Both the position numbers and the translations under genes were made by a program. Positions 25,501 through 38,370 of a stretch of 64,000 bases of DNA are shown piece after piece (position 1 is the first letter of the stretch; each line of letters opens with the position of its first letter). The notes beneath the pieces were generated by a model, which saw only the letters and a program-made list of their open reading frames with translations, was not told the DNA's origin and made no database searches. Source of the stretch: the human T2T-CHM13v2.0 reference genome, Homo sapiens; assembly GCF_009914755.1 (NCBI RefSeq), contig NC_060945.1; one strand, given 5' to 3'.

Positions 25501-27790
25501 AAATTGGCACAGAAGGGACATACCTTAAGGTAATAAATGCCATCTATGACAAAACCACAGCTCACATTATACTGAATGGGGGAAAGTTGAAAGTATTCCC
25601 CCTGAGAACTGGAAAAAAGAAGGATGCCCACTTTCACCATCTCTGTTCAACATAGTACTGGAAGTCCTAGCCAGAGAAGTCAGACAAGAGAAGGAAATAA
25701 AAGGCCTCCAAATCAGCTAAGAGGAAATCCAACTGTCGCTATTTGCTGATGACATGATTGTATAACCAGAAAACCCTGAAGACTCCTCCAGAAAGCTCCT
25801 AGAACTGGTAAATGAATTAAGCAAAGTGTCAAAATTAATTAATGTGCAAAATTAATGTACACAAATCAGTAGCCCTGCTATATACCAACAGTGACCAAAC
25901 TGAGAATCTAATTAAGAACTCAATCCCTTTCACAATAGCTGCAAAATAAATAAAATAAATAAAATAAAATACTTAGGAATACACTTAACCAAGAAAGTGA
26001 AACATCTCTACAAGGAAAACTACAAAACACTGCTGAAAGATATCATAGACTACACAAACAAATGGAAACATATCCCATGCTCATGGATGGGTAGAATCAA
26101 GAATATGAAAATGACCATACTGCTGAAAGCAATCTACAAACTCAATGCAATTCCCATCAAAATACTACCATCATTGTTCACAGAATTAGAAAAAAAAATC
26201 CTAAAATTCATATGGAACAAAAAAGAGCTCACATAGCCAAAGCAAGGCTAAGCAAAAAGAAGAAATCTGGAGGCATTACATTAATTTACTTCAAACATTA
26301 CTATACAGCCATAGTCACCAAAACAGCATGATACTGGTATAAAAATAGGGATATCGACTAAGGGAACAGAATAGAGAGCCCAAAAATAATGCCAAATACT
26401 CATGGTCAACTGATCCTTGACAAAACAAACAAAAATATAAAGTAGGGGAAAGGACACCCTATTCAACAAATTGTGCTGGGATAGTTGGCAAGCCACAGGT
26501 AGAATAATAATACTGGATCTTCATCTCTCACTTTACACAAAAATCAATTCAAGATGGATCAAAGACTTAAATCTAAGACCTGAAAGCATAAAAATTCTAG
26601 AAGATAACATTAGAAAAACCCTTCTACACATTGGTTTAGGCAAAGTCTTCATGAACAAGAACCCAAAAGCAAATGCAACAGAAACAAAAATAAATAGACG
26701 GGACTTAATTAAACTAAAAAGCTTCTACACAACAAAAGAAATAATCAGCACAGTAAACAGACAACTCATAGAGTGGGAGAAAATCTTTGCAATCTATAGA
26801 TGGACTTGCAATCTATACATGCACTATACATGCAACAAAGGACTAATATCCAGAATCTACAATGAACTCAAACAAATCAACAAGTAAAAACAAATCATTC
26901 CACCAAAAAGTGGGTTAAGGACATGAGTAGACAATTCTCCAAAGAAAATATACAAATGGACAACAAACATATTAAAACATGCTCAATGTCACTAATGATT
27001 GTGGAAATGCAAATCAAAATCACAATGAATTACAATCTTACTATTGAAAGAATGGCCATAATAAAAAAATAATACATGTTGGCATGGATGCGGTGACAAG
27101 GGAACAGTTTTACACTGTTGATGGGAAGGGAAACTAGTACAATCACTACAGAAAACAGTGTGAAGATTCCTTAAAGAACTAAAAGTAGATCTACCATTTA
27201 ATCCAGCAGTCCCACTACTGGATATCTACCTAGAGGAAAAGAAGTCATTATACAAAAAAGATACTTGTACACGCATGTTTATAGCAGCACAATTTGCAAT
27301 TGCAAAAATATGGAACAAGCACAAAAGCCCATCAGTCAAGAAGTGGATAAAGAGAATATGGTAATATATATTTATATATACATACACACACCATGTATAT
27401 ATACACACCATGGAATACTAGTCAGCCATAAAAAATAATGAAATAATGGCATTTGCAGCAACTTGGATACAGTTGGAGACATTATTCTAAGTGAAGTAAC
27501 TTGGGAATGAAAAAAACATTGTTCTCAGTCATAAGTGGGAGCTAAGCTATGAAGATACAAAGGCCTAAGAATGATACAATGGACTTTGGGGACTTCGGGG
27601 AAAGGGTGGGAGGCAGGTGAGAAATAAAATACCACACATTGGCTAAAGTCTACACTACTTGGGTGATGGGTGCACCAAAATCTCAGAAATCACCACTAAA
27701 GAACTAGTTCATGTAACTAAACACTGCCTGTTCCTCGAACACCAATTACAATATAAAAAATTTTACAAATGCATGAAGGGCTGCAAAAAA
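22531..27790 (+). mobile_element. Full-length L1PB (L1PBa 5'UTR, L1PB2-like 3' end) with internal inversion and deletion
   Basis: 5' gaggggaaaatggcagagaggaggcagaactaacttgcagctc. ORF1/ORF2 remnants. Perfect 14-bp TSD AGAATAACAAACAC at 22517-22530 and 27791-27804. Confidence 0.93.
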
Positions 27791-27887
27791 AGAATAACAA
27801 ACACCAGATGCATTTTCAGTATTAATTTATAAATTAATTATGTCTTTGGTACTATTGCTCAAAATAAATTTTTTGGTCTTATTGGAC

Positions 27888-28362
27888 ATGATGATTAATT
27901 CAATGTGTCAATTTGACTGGGATAAGGAGTACCCAGACATTTGGTGGAGCATTATTTTTGTTGTGTCTGTTAGGGTGCCTCTGAATGAGATTAATATTTG
28001 AATCCCATTGACTGAGTAGTGCGGATAGGCCTCATGCAGTCATTAAAAACCTGAAAGGAACACAAAGTCTGAATGAAAGGTAACATTTTGACCCCTCTGC
28101 TTGAGCTTGAACATTGGTGTTCTCCTGTCCTTAAATAGAACTTACACCAATGCCTCAATGCCTCTCCTGGGTTTCTAGCTTGCTGACTATAGACTTTGGG
28201 ACTTTGCAGCCTCCATAGTCATGTGACCCAATTCCTTATGATCACTCAATCAGTCTCTTTTATTATATATATATCTCTCCCCCTTAGAAATTTATAAAGA
28301 CTGTCATGTAGAGAGACAGTCTTTTACCTTTTCTGTTTCTTTCAGGAACCCTGACTAATGAA
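27888..28362 (+). mobile_element. MLT2 (ERVL) solo LTR, MLT2B/D-like
   Basis: tgatgattaattcaatgtgtcaatttgactggg ... ggaaccctgactaat. Confidence 0.8.
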
Positions 28363-28924
28363 GTAGAATTCTGTAATTCTGAAAAGAAAAGTGACATTGC
28401 TTAAAAAGTGAATTATACTAACTGTGTTTTTAAAGTCATGAAGAAAAATTATCATATTTTTAATTGTCTTATGGGAAGTAAAACTCAACCTTACATAATT
28501 TGAAAAATATTTTATTCCTGTTAATTGTGAAACAACTGGCTTTCTTTTTTTTTAAGCTAGAGTAGACTAAAATTGATTTTTTTAGTATAGAAAATAAAGT
28601 GGCATTCCTTTTTCAGGTTTGTATCTTGGGAATGATACACAGAATAATTTAAGGGAAAAGGTTGGAAATGTGTATGATTTCATTTCTGTTGCTCTCATTT
28701 TGTAAGAGAAGATTATTTCATGCTGTTACTGCAAGTTTACTTACTCAGTTCCTGAGTACTAATAATAGCTCAAAATTTCTAGTATATGATTACCAAATGA
28801 GATTTTACTGAAACTAAATAAGACTGCAATACATAGATGAAGAGCGAAATTTTGACAATGTTAATGTTCTTTTTAAATCAATGCAATAAATACAAAGTGC
28901 AGCAATGAGAAGAAATTAAATATT

Positions 28925-29100
28925 TGTTTTACTTAGTAAATCTTTATGTGTTATCTATGTATCAGTCACTTTGTTAAGCTCTTTACAAATTTAGCATTGT
29001 TTAGTTATCATAACCCTGAACTGCAAATATTTTTAGTATTGTCTCCATTTGAAAATCAGAAAATGAAATGTTGACAATGTATTAAATTGTCCCAAACAAA
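28925..29100 (-). mobile_element. MIR fragment
   Basis: ctatgtatcagtcactttgttaagctctttaca...tattgtctccatttgaaaatcagaaaatgaa. Confidence 0.5.
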
Positions 29101-29607
29101 GGTATCAAGTAGCATGTGATTATAAATGGTTATTATTTATTATATGGTAGTCTTGGTAAATTGCTAGTTTAACTTTTGTATTTAACAACTGGAAGAGGAC
29201 TTTTAAAATCCTGATTATAATACCCATTTTATGTAGCATTTTAGTAGATTTTCATTGCTCTAACCATAGTGACCAAAATCTTTATCCTGGATGACAAGGT
29301 CTAGGTGCTGTTTCTGTTCAATTCACCAGCTTCATTTTCTGTTTTCCCACCTCTCTTGGCCTCATATCCTGTCTTCCCACATCTAATGATTCTGGGTACC
29401 TCACTCTTTTGTCATGTTTTGGTCCATCATACCCAATACATTATTTAGTCCTCAAATCAAATAACAACAAATGAATTAGTTAATGAAGAATAAATAAATG
29501 AAGCAGCTCACAGAATAAAGAAACCATATTTTAAAGAGAAATCAGTGAGCCTCCAGCACTCACTAGGAAGATCATACCTAATTATTTGGTTAGAATGTAC
29601 CTCTCCA

Positions 29608-29911
29608 GGCCAGTCATAGTGGCTCATGCCTGTCATCTCAGCAACTTGGGAGGTTGAGACATGAGGATTGCTTGAGGCCAGGAGTTTGAGAATAGCCTGA
29701 GCAACACAGTTAGACACCATCTCTATAAAAAATTTAAATTAAATTAAATTAGACAGGCATGATGGTTAATCTGTAGTCATCCTAGCTACTGGGGTGGCTG
29801 AGGAGGAGGAATACTTGAGCCCAGGAGTTCAAGGTCACAGTAAGCTATGACCACAACACTGCACTGCAGCCTTGGTGACAGAGCAGAATCCTGTCTCTTG
29901 AAAAAGAAAGA
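29608..29911 (+). mobile_element. AluJ (Jr/Jo-like)
   Basis: J diagnostics ggattgcttgagg and gagcccaggagttcaagg...gctatga. TSD aat(g/t)tacctctcca at 29594-29607 and 29912-29925. Confidence 0.93.
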
Positions 29912-31593
29912 AATTTACCTCTCCATAAGAACTTATTAAACCCTCACAAATGTGCAAGTATACACACAAAAACATTCTGTTTCATATGTCCCTAAATTAT
30001 TTTTCAAATCCAAAACATGTTTGTTACTGAGATTACATGCTTGAATAGAATTTTTTAGAAAGAAAACCTTCATATGTCTTCATTATACTATGACCAATAG
30101 TATAGTCAAGAAAGGTCATAAAAGTCTCCGAGCCTGAAATTATTTTTCCAATTAACTGTATAAAATGTTAAAGTTCTGGGTATAGATAACTTTTTCTCAA
30201 TAATGGTAGCAAAGATTATAATAACACAGAGTCGTTGAATTTAGAACTATGGTTCAAGTTCTACCTGTCCAACTTAGTGGCAGTATGACTTTAGGAGTAA
30301 ACAAAATCTTATCTAAAAACAAGCAATTAATAAATATCACTTTAAATCAATATTATTATGATTGTTCAAATAACAGAATTTAAACATACTAATTATATAC
30401 TTATATGTTTAAATTATTTCAGTTTACAAGGATACACATTTAATACTTCTCCAAATTATTATCTAGCATAATCCAAAAGAGCATGCTTTAAACAGTACTC
30501 GCCCAACTCACAAAAATACAATTATTAGTGATGCTCACCTAGAGTGAAACTATTTACTCATTTGCCCACAGCTAGCAAGGCTTGATAGAATGAAATGAAA
30601 ATACTGAGAACCAGAGCAAATTTTTAGAAGGCTCCAAAAAGATATGTTAACTATAAAAGTAAATATACATATTTGCAGTTTTTCAAGACCATAAACCATA
30701 GCTGATAATGTTTAAATTGTTTTCGTTAATCAATTCTCTTATGAAGATGAGAGGCATCTGATGAATTTTGCTTAAAATTCGTAACTAATCTTTTTCAAGT
30801 TTAATGATGTATAAAAGTTTTAAAAGTCTATTAGTGTTGAAGAATTAATGTGAGTGTTTATGGTAGAATCAGCATGATTTGTCTAGTGAAAATTCTGGGT
30901 TGATCAGACGGAACCTTCTAAAAATGTACAAATCTTTTGGGACTGTTTGGTAAATGGATGTGCCTATTATCAAGCACTGTTTCATTATAAGAGTAAATGT
31001 GTTTCATCCACAAAGGGCCAATATTGTGATATGTGAAGAAACATACCATCGTGGTATGTGGAGAAATTGTAAAGTGTATTGATAATGTTGCTGTATAATA
31101 CCTTGTACCAATTCATAAATAAAATATTAATGAGTACAAAGGGCATTATATTGCAGTTCTTATAAGTAGTTTTTATTTTTTCTTTTGTTTCTCGTAACAA
31201 CTAAAGGAATAGTTTTACTCTGAGATCCATTTTATAGTTAAGAAGTTCGGGCTGATTAAATGACTTTTCCAAACTATTCAAGGTAGAATGTGGAAAACCA
31301 AGAAATGATAGTAATTTTTGTAAATTATAACCTCATTTTCTTTTCAATATATTATTCTTCTCTTTACACTATCATCGCATACTCTTTTGTCTCCTACTGT
31401 TTCTTTCTCTACGTTTTTATTGATTTTGCTGTTTTACCTGACAGAGCCATCAATGTACTCATCCCAGGAGGTTGCCTTATACTAGGGCATTTAATCAAAT
31501 TGTGATACTTGACATTAATAATTATTTAGCACCTGAGTTTGTTTAGGAATCTAGTAACTTTCCAGAATGTATACAGAGTTTGGCTCCCTAAGG

Positions 31594-31678
31594 AGCTTTT
31601 TAAAATATGTTTATTGGCTGCATAAATGTCTTCTTCTGAGAAGTATCTGTTCCTATTCTTTGCCCACTTTTTGATGGG
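31594..31678 (-). mobile_element. 85-bp L1PA ORF2 fragment, inverted copy of 33649-33733
   Basis: 80/85 identical to the reverse complement of 33649-33733. Confidence 0.9.
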
Positions 31679-31727
31679 CCTCATTATTAAATTTTTTAAT
31701 GAGAAAGGGCTAAGTTACTTTCAAAGT

Positions 31728-31882
31728 TAGCATTGTTATCTCACTTTACAGTTGAGAAAACTGGAGTACAGAGAATTTAACTACTTGGCCAAAAGTTACA
31801 ACATTGCCAGGTGGCAGACTCAGGATTCATAGCCTGGCTGTTTGGTTCCAGACTCTACACACAATCTACTCTGTCCCACTGC
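31728..31882 (-). mobile_element. MIR
   Basis: ttatctcactttacagttgagaaaactggagtacagagaatttaactacttggccaaaagttaca is the antisense MIR core. Confidence 0.75.
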
Positions 31883-33293
31883 TTAATAAGATGCCTCTCC
31901 CAGCATAGCTCAGATAAAAGGAAAGTGGCAGGCAAAAGTAGCATATATTTCAGCAAGAGGAAAATTATTAAATGTTGGGTGGAATTAACTGTCTCTAATA
32001 TCACTGAGCTGAAAATTAAATAATGGTAGATATTTTAAAGTCAACAGGATTAAAAAAATTAATAATTGCTAAAACATCACTGTAGAATTTAGAGATAATC
32101 TTCCAAAGACATAACATTAAGTAATATATCCTTAAAAATATATATCTTCCCCATTATCTTATAAAGCTGTGTCCACCTTAATTAAGAAAAAAATAATGTG
32201 ATACAAACAACTGTTTTTTCTCTAATAGTTCTCCTCCTTAAAATGTACTCACCATGAGCCTAGATCTGAAAGTCTCATTAGAATTGATATGGATATCCAA
32301 TCCCATCAAACACTTTTCATTTGTCACAGTTCTCTCCGTAGGTTTTTACACTTAGTCAATATTTGCTCATTCTTTCGAGATTTCCTGATCTTGTCTCAAT
32401 AGGTACATAATTCCTGCTATACTTGATCATGTTTGTTCAGAATGGGCCTAGAGTAGAAGTTAGATAGTAGAGACTAGATAGTCGAAGTTTCATTTCTATT
32501 CTGTTTTTGTTTGTTTGTTTAATGGAGCCATGAAGTGGTCTCATTACTAATCTCCACGAAACAGCAATTTATTTAATAGCGGGATGATAATATTTGCAAC
32601 AGCAGTATTCAAAGTGAAGAGCAGAATATGGAATTAGCCCATGCAGATGGCATATATATTTTTAAGATTGACATAATTGCCACAGACAATCCTGTTAGGG
32701 TCATCAGGTAGCCTAGTACTGGTGCAGCCAAGTGCTTGGTTCCCTTTTCCAGTGCCCAGCACCCCATGCACCCATTCCTTAAGCTGGGGTACTTCTACTG
32801 GCATTTGCATGTTAGTCTTACTAAGATTATTTAGCATTGGTCTCCAAACTTGACTGTGACATTTTCAATCGATACTTTGATTACATAACTTAGCCACATG
32901 TCACATCATCAAGTGAAATATAAATGTGAATGTCGTTTTCGCTGTGGAAACGAAATTGAATACCATAGAATGACTACGAAATTCAGGTATTTTAAAAATA
33001 CATTTTTATAAAAGGCATAGGCAATGAAAGCATAAAGATTGAAAATAAATTGTAAATGTTTGAAAGAATCCTGCCTTCGGATTATTGTCACATTGATGTT
33101 TTCAGGCTATTTTAAAGAAACTGAAACTTTTGAATATATAGAAAATGCAAGACTAGTGAGGATTTTGGAAACAATATGAGTTTGAACTCCAATAAATTGA
33201 GTCTATATTTTAAAAAGGAGTTTTATTTAGACAATTAAATATCTCTGAATTAGAGAAGATACTGATATTACGTTTTTCTTTTAAAAGTAGCAG

Positions 33294-34490
33294 CTGGACC
33301 CCTTCCTTATATCTTATAGAAAAGTTAACTCAAGATGGATTAAAGATTTTAAAGCCCAAAACCATAGAAACCTTTGAAGAAAACCTAGGCAAAACCGTTC
33401 AGGACATAGGCATGGGCAAAGACTTCATGACAAAAACACCAAAAGCAACTGCAACAAAAGCGAAAATTAACAAACAGGATCTAATTAAACTAAAGAGCTT
33501 CTGCACAGCAAAGGAAACTATTATCAGCGTGAACAGGCAACCTACAGAATGGGAGAAAAGTTCTGCAATCTACCCATCTGACAAAGGTATAATATCCAGG
33601 ATCTACAAGGAACTTAAACAAATCCAAAAGAAAAAAAAAACAAACAGCCCCATCAAAAAGTAGGCAAAAGATAGGAACAGATACTTCTCAAAAGAAGACA
33701 TTTATGCAGCCAATAAACATATTTTGAAAAGCTTGACATCACTGATCACTAGAGAAATGCAAATCAAAACCAAAATGTGATACCATCTCACGCCAGTCAG
33801 AATGGCGATCTTGGCAAGGCTGTGGAGAAATAGGAACACTTTTATACTGTTGGTAGGAATGTAAATTAGTTCAACCATTGTGGAAGACAGTGTGGCAATT
33901 CCTCAAGAATCTAGAACCAGAAATACCATTTGACACAGCAATCCCATTACTGGGTAAATACCCAAAGGAATGTAAATCATTCTACTATAAAGAAACATGA
34001 AAATGTATGTTTATTGCCGCACTGTTTACAATAGCAAAGACATGGAACCAACCGAAAAGTCCATCAACGATATACTGGATAAAGAAAATGTGGTACATAT
34101 ACACCATGGAATACTATGCAGCCATATAAAGGAATGAAATCATGTCCTTTGCAGGGACACGGATGAAGCTGGAAGCCATCATCCGCAGCAAACTAACACA
34201 GAAACAGAAAACAAAACGCTGCATGTTCTCACTCACGAGTGGGAGTTGAACAATAAGAACACATGGACACAGGGAGGGGAACAACACACACCGAGGCCAG
34301 TAGGGTGGTGGGGGTTGAGGGGAGGGAGAGCATTAAGACAAATAGCCAATGTGTGCAGGGCTTAAAACCTAGATGATAGGGTGATAGGTGCAGCAAACCA
34401 CCATGGCACGTGTATACCTATGTAACAAACCTACATGTTCTGCACATGTATCCTGGAAGTTAAAGTAAAATAAAAAATTAATAATAATAA
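33294..34490 (+). mobile_element. L1PA10-like 5'-truncated LINE
   Basis: ORF2 remnant [12 protein letters not shown]...[11 protein letters not shown]. 3'UTR ggagggagagcattaagacaaata...gggcttaaaacctagatga. Confidence 0.9.
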
Positions 34491-35636
34491 CAACTTTGCT
34501 TTTAGCGTTCAACATACAATATTTTATGTCCAAGTATGGATATCAAGCATTAATATCCAAAATACTATATATGTAAATTTTAGATTAAAATAAAATTAAT
34601 ACAACCAAATGTTAAGTTTATATTATTTTATATGATTCATTGCTTTAACTTTCCTAATTACTTTAGCTATGAAATCTTCTTCTCTTTGTTATTAATTTCG
34701 TAATACCAGAAGATTTCTGTGCAACATGAGTATAAGTAAAATTCAGGCAATTTTTTTATAAACTCAAGGAATATGAGAGTTTTAAAAATCTGTTCATGCG
34801 TACAATTTTATGAGAACTGACCCTGAAGAGAAAGTTCTAAATGTACAGACTTTTCTTGAGGTGAAAAGGATTGTGTTAACACTAATGACTGCCTGTACTG
34901 TTTGCCCCATGAGAAAAGCTATCCAGTATGATTGTTTTTAAAGATAGACAAAGCCAGGTGAATTTAATGATACATGTATTCTATTGTCACTAGTGGTTAG
35001 AATGGACAATTTGCATATAGAAATAGTGTCATACAGTACAAAAATTTAAAAACAAAACAAATATTCAAAACATAACTAAGAATATAAAATCACCTTATCA
35101 CTCCCTGGTCCTGCATAGCTATTTGTTGACATTTATATTAAAGCCTTGAGCTATTTTAATGTATTCTCAAGTTTAGGAAATTTTATGTGAATTTGTATCA
35201 AATTGACAATTTTACTAATCTCTGTGTATTTACTTTTTGTAAATTAAATGAATTTTACAGCACCCTTCATTCATCAGCTGCACAGATTTAGCAGGTTTAT
35301 GGTGAATAATTGCATATATTTTTTAACACTGAGTTTCTATCAAAAAGAAAACAATAGAATTTGCAAACAAATGCATGAACAATTTGTTAGTCTATATAAC
35401 TCTCCCACATTTGGAATAGTCCTTCCTGTATAAGTGGAAGTAAAAAGCTAGCTTTTCATTCATAATTACGATTAGAATTAGGCATGCTTTAATTGTGTTG
35501 ATGCTCTCTTATACCAGTTAATAAATCTCTCTCTCATATCAAATTGATTTAATAAAAATATCCTGTGCTATGTTTTTTCTCCTGAATGGATTACTTGTAG
35601 CTATACTTAAAAAAATCTTTCTAATTTACGAGACAG

Positions 35637-36115
35637 CTATATTTGTCACAATTCTCTAGAGAGACAGAAGTGGTAGAATATATACAGATAGATATAGATC
35701 AGAAAGAATTTATTAGGGGAATTGGCTCACATAATAATGGAGGCTGAGAAGTTCCCTCCCAGCTTCTGCAAGCTCGAGGCCCTAAAATATTACAGTAGTG
35801 TGGCTCATTCCAAGTCCCAAAGCCTCAGAACCAGGGAAGGCAAAGATGTCACTCTCAGCTGGAGGCTGAAGGCCTGAAAACCCAGAGGGTCTCAGGTGTA
35901 AGTTTCAGAATCCAAAAACCAAAAATCCTAGAGTTTTGATGTCCAAGGACAGGAAAATAAGGGTGTCCCAGCTCTACAAGAGAGAAGTCAGGGTGATAGA
36001 AGGGGGAGCGAGAGCGGGTGATGGGGGATGGGGAGAGAGGAAGAAGGTAGACAAGGAAACAGGGACAGGAGACAGGGAGGAAAATCTCCTTTCCAATGAC
36101 TTTTTGTTCTATCTC
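35637..36115 (-). mobile_element. MLT2B-like LTR (partial)
   Basis: atttattaggggaattggctcaca...ggaggctgagaagttcc...aagcctcagaaccaggga...tgatgtccaaggacagg. Confidence 0.8.
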
Positions 36116-36859
36116 TGTTCTTCAATATTAATTTTGACAATATTTTGGAAAACTCTAAATAAATTTTGGTGGGATAGACCACACTTTAACCTCTATAGAG
36201 ACTTAGTAACTGGCTTAATCGAATCAGCTTAATTATATTCATTGGTTTCAGGAAAGAGTCTCACAGATTTTAAGCCACTGAAAACCAGGCTAAGGAATTA
36301 TGCTTGCTTGGCTGCTCTGAGAGTGAAGCTCTCTGCATCTGAACAGCAATTCTGTGAGGAGGGAGGTTGACCTTCCTATGTGACTCCAAGAAGAGCACCT
36401 GATGCTCCCTGAAAGAAATGCATGGTCTCCCAGAAGGCTGGGCCTGAGAGAAATAACAGAAAATGTACTAGGCAGAGGCTGGATCTTTGGTGCCCTTGGT
36501 GAGGAGACTTAGGTCAAACATTGCCTTCTGCTTTAACTTTTGGGTTAGCAAAATGTACCAAACTTTTTTTTTCCAATGTTCAAAACAGTTTGAATTGGAT
36601 TTTTTTAGTCACTGGGAGCTCACATTTTTATTACAGATAGATAAACACAAAAATACAATGTCTCCTGTTCTCTCACGTTGAAAGAAAGCTACCTCCTCAG
36701 GTTGAATTGGAAATGACATTGAGTTATAAGTACTTCTTAAAGTTGTTGCCATATAAAGACTTCTATCTATACTTCATGCCAAAGACAAATTAAAACAAAT
36801 ACACACACACACACCCCAAAATAAACCTGTTTCTTTTCCGTACAACAGCCTCCTTTCTC

Positions 36860-37167
36860 TTATTTATTTATTTTGAGACAGGATCTCACACTGTCGTCCA
36901 GGCTGGAGTGCAGTGGTGGTGTGATCATGCCTCACTGCAGCCTTGATCTCCTGGGCTCAATAATCCTCTTGCCTCAGCCTCCTAAGTAGCTGAGACTATA
37001 GCCAAGCACCACTAAGCCAGGATAATTTTAAAATTGTTTTGTAGAGAGGAGATCTCACTGTGTTGCACAGGCTGATCTCAAACTCCTTGGGCTCAAGTGA
37101 TCCTCCTGCCGTGGCTTCCCAAAGTGCTGGGATTACAGGCTACAGACATGAGCCACCGTGCCAGGCC
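36860..37167 (-). mobile_element. AluJ
   Basis: tgagacaggatctcac...ctcctgggctcaa...gagccaccgtgccaggcc. Confidence 0.92.
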
Positions 37168-38149
37168 TGCTTTCTTTTTACTTAATTGAATACACATTTT
37201 GAATTAACAGGATTTCTTCCTCACATAGGCTGATAGGAATCTCAGGATCAAATTAACTGCATACCACTGTTGACTACAGAATAGCTGATGATATTTTCAT
37301 CAGTGAATTCATTTTTGCCTTCAACTTGCTATAATACCCTTATTTATCGTCATTTTTACTTATCCTTATTTTAAATTCAATTTCATTCTGTGCATTTGTG
37401 TTATGTAACTTAACTATTCGTGAAACTGAATTTGGATAGCACTAAGTAAATAAAGCAAACACCAAATCACCACAGAAAGTAACACAAAAAATTGTCAATC
37501 TCTTAGGCTGCTGTGGACTGTAAATGATGAAAATATAACTCAATTATTTTTGGAAATAAGAAAAACACAGTGTTTTCCTCAGGAAATCCAACACTGGGGT
37601 AAATTTCAGGTTGGTTTAATAATCAGTTTAGCAATATTTTCAAGTGTTTAAATTCTCCATATATCTTAATTGTCTAATCCTTGGATTGGTTTCACTCTCA
37701 TCCACGTAGCAAGATTGCTGCAACAATTCTGGTTATCTTGTCCTAACATGACAGATTCAGACAAAGAGACAGAACAGTCCTTCCTGCTGGCTATTTCACT
37801 GGAGAAATAATACATTTTTTTTCAGAAGCTGCCTCCTGTTTCACTAGGCAGGATGTTTTGACATTTGCTTTTCTAAAACAGCCCGAAGCAAGAATAATTT
37901 AATTATTACAGTTTTCCTAATATTTATGTGTGACTCTGTAGACATGACAGCAATAGTCACAACGCCCAACACCATGCATTTCTCACTTTTTAAATGTATT
38001 ATTATTGTTGTTGTTTGTCCACCTGCTGAACTTCCTCTCTAGATGTTAAGAATTGTTTGCCCTGAAAATAGGAATCCCCATTAAAGTAGAGAAACTCTTA
38101 AAACTATTACCTTTACATTTTAGACTGAATCTTTAATGTACTCCAAGTA

Positions 38150-38370
38150 ACCATTCATTCAAATAACCATTTGAAAACCTACAATGTGCCAAGCACTGTT
38201 TATTCTTTCAATCAGTATGAAATTATAAATGATAGTTACGTCTTCAAGAAGATTCTAATGCTTTTTAATTAAATGTTCAATTGAATGAATACTTTTGAGC
38301 ACCAAATTTATGTCAGAAACTCTGTTAAAAATTGGAGAATGACTATTTAACAAAACAAGTCTGGCCCTTG
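38150..38370 (-). mobile_element. L2 3'-end fragments
   Basis: cattcattcaaataaccatttgaaaacctacaatgtgccaagcactg and tttgagcaccaaatttatgtcagaaactctg. Confidence 0.5.

Noticed and set aside
23997-26887. ORF1p/ORF2p-like peptides as functional CDS
   Set aside because: Fragments of a dead L1 with many stops, frameshifts, an inversion and no endonuclease domain.
35990-36035. G-quadruplex candidate
   Set aside because: One long loop, and it lies inside a GA-rich expansion in an MLT2 LTR. No evidence of function.
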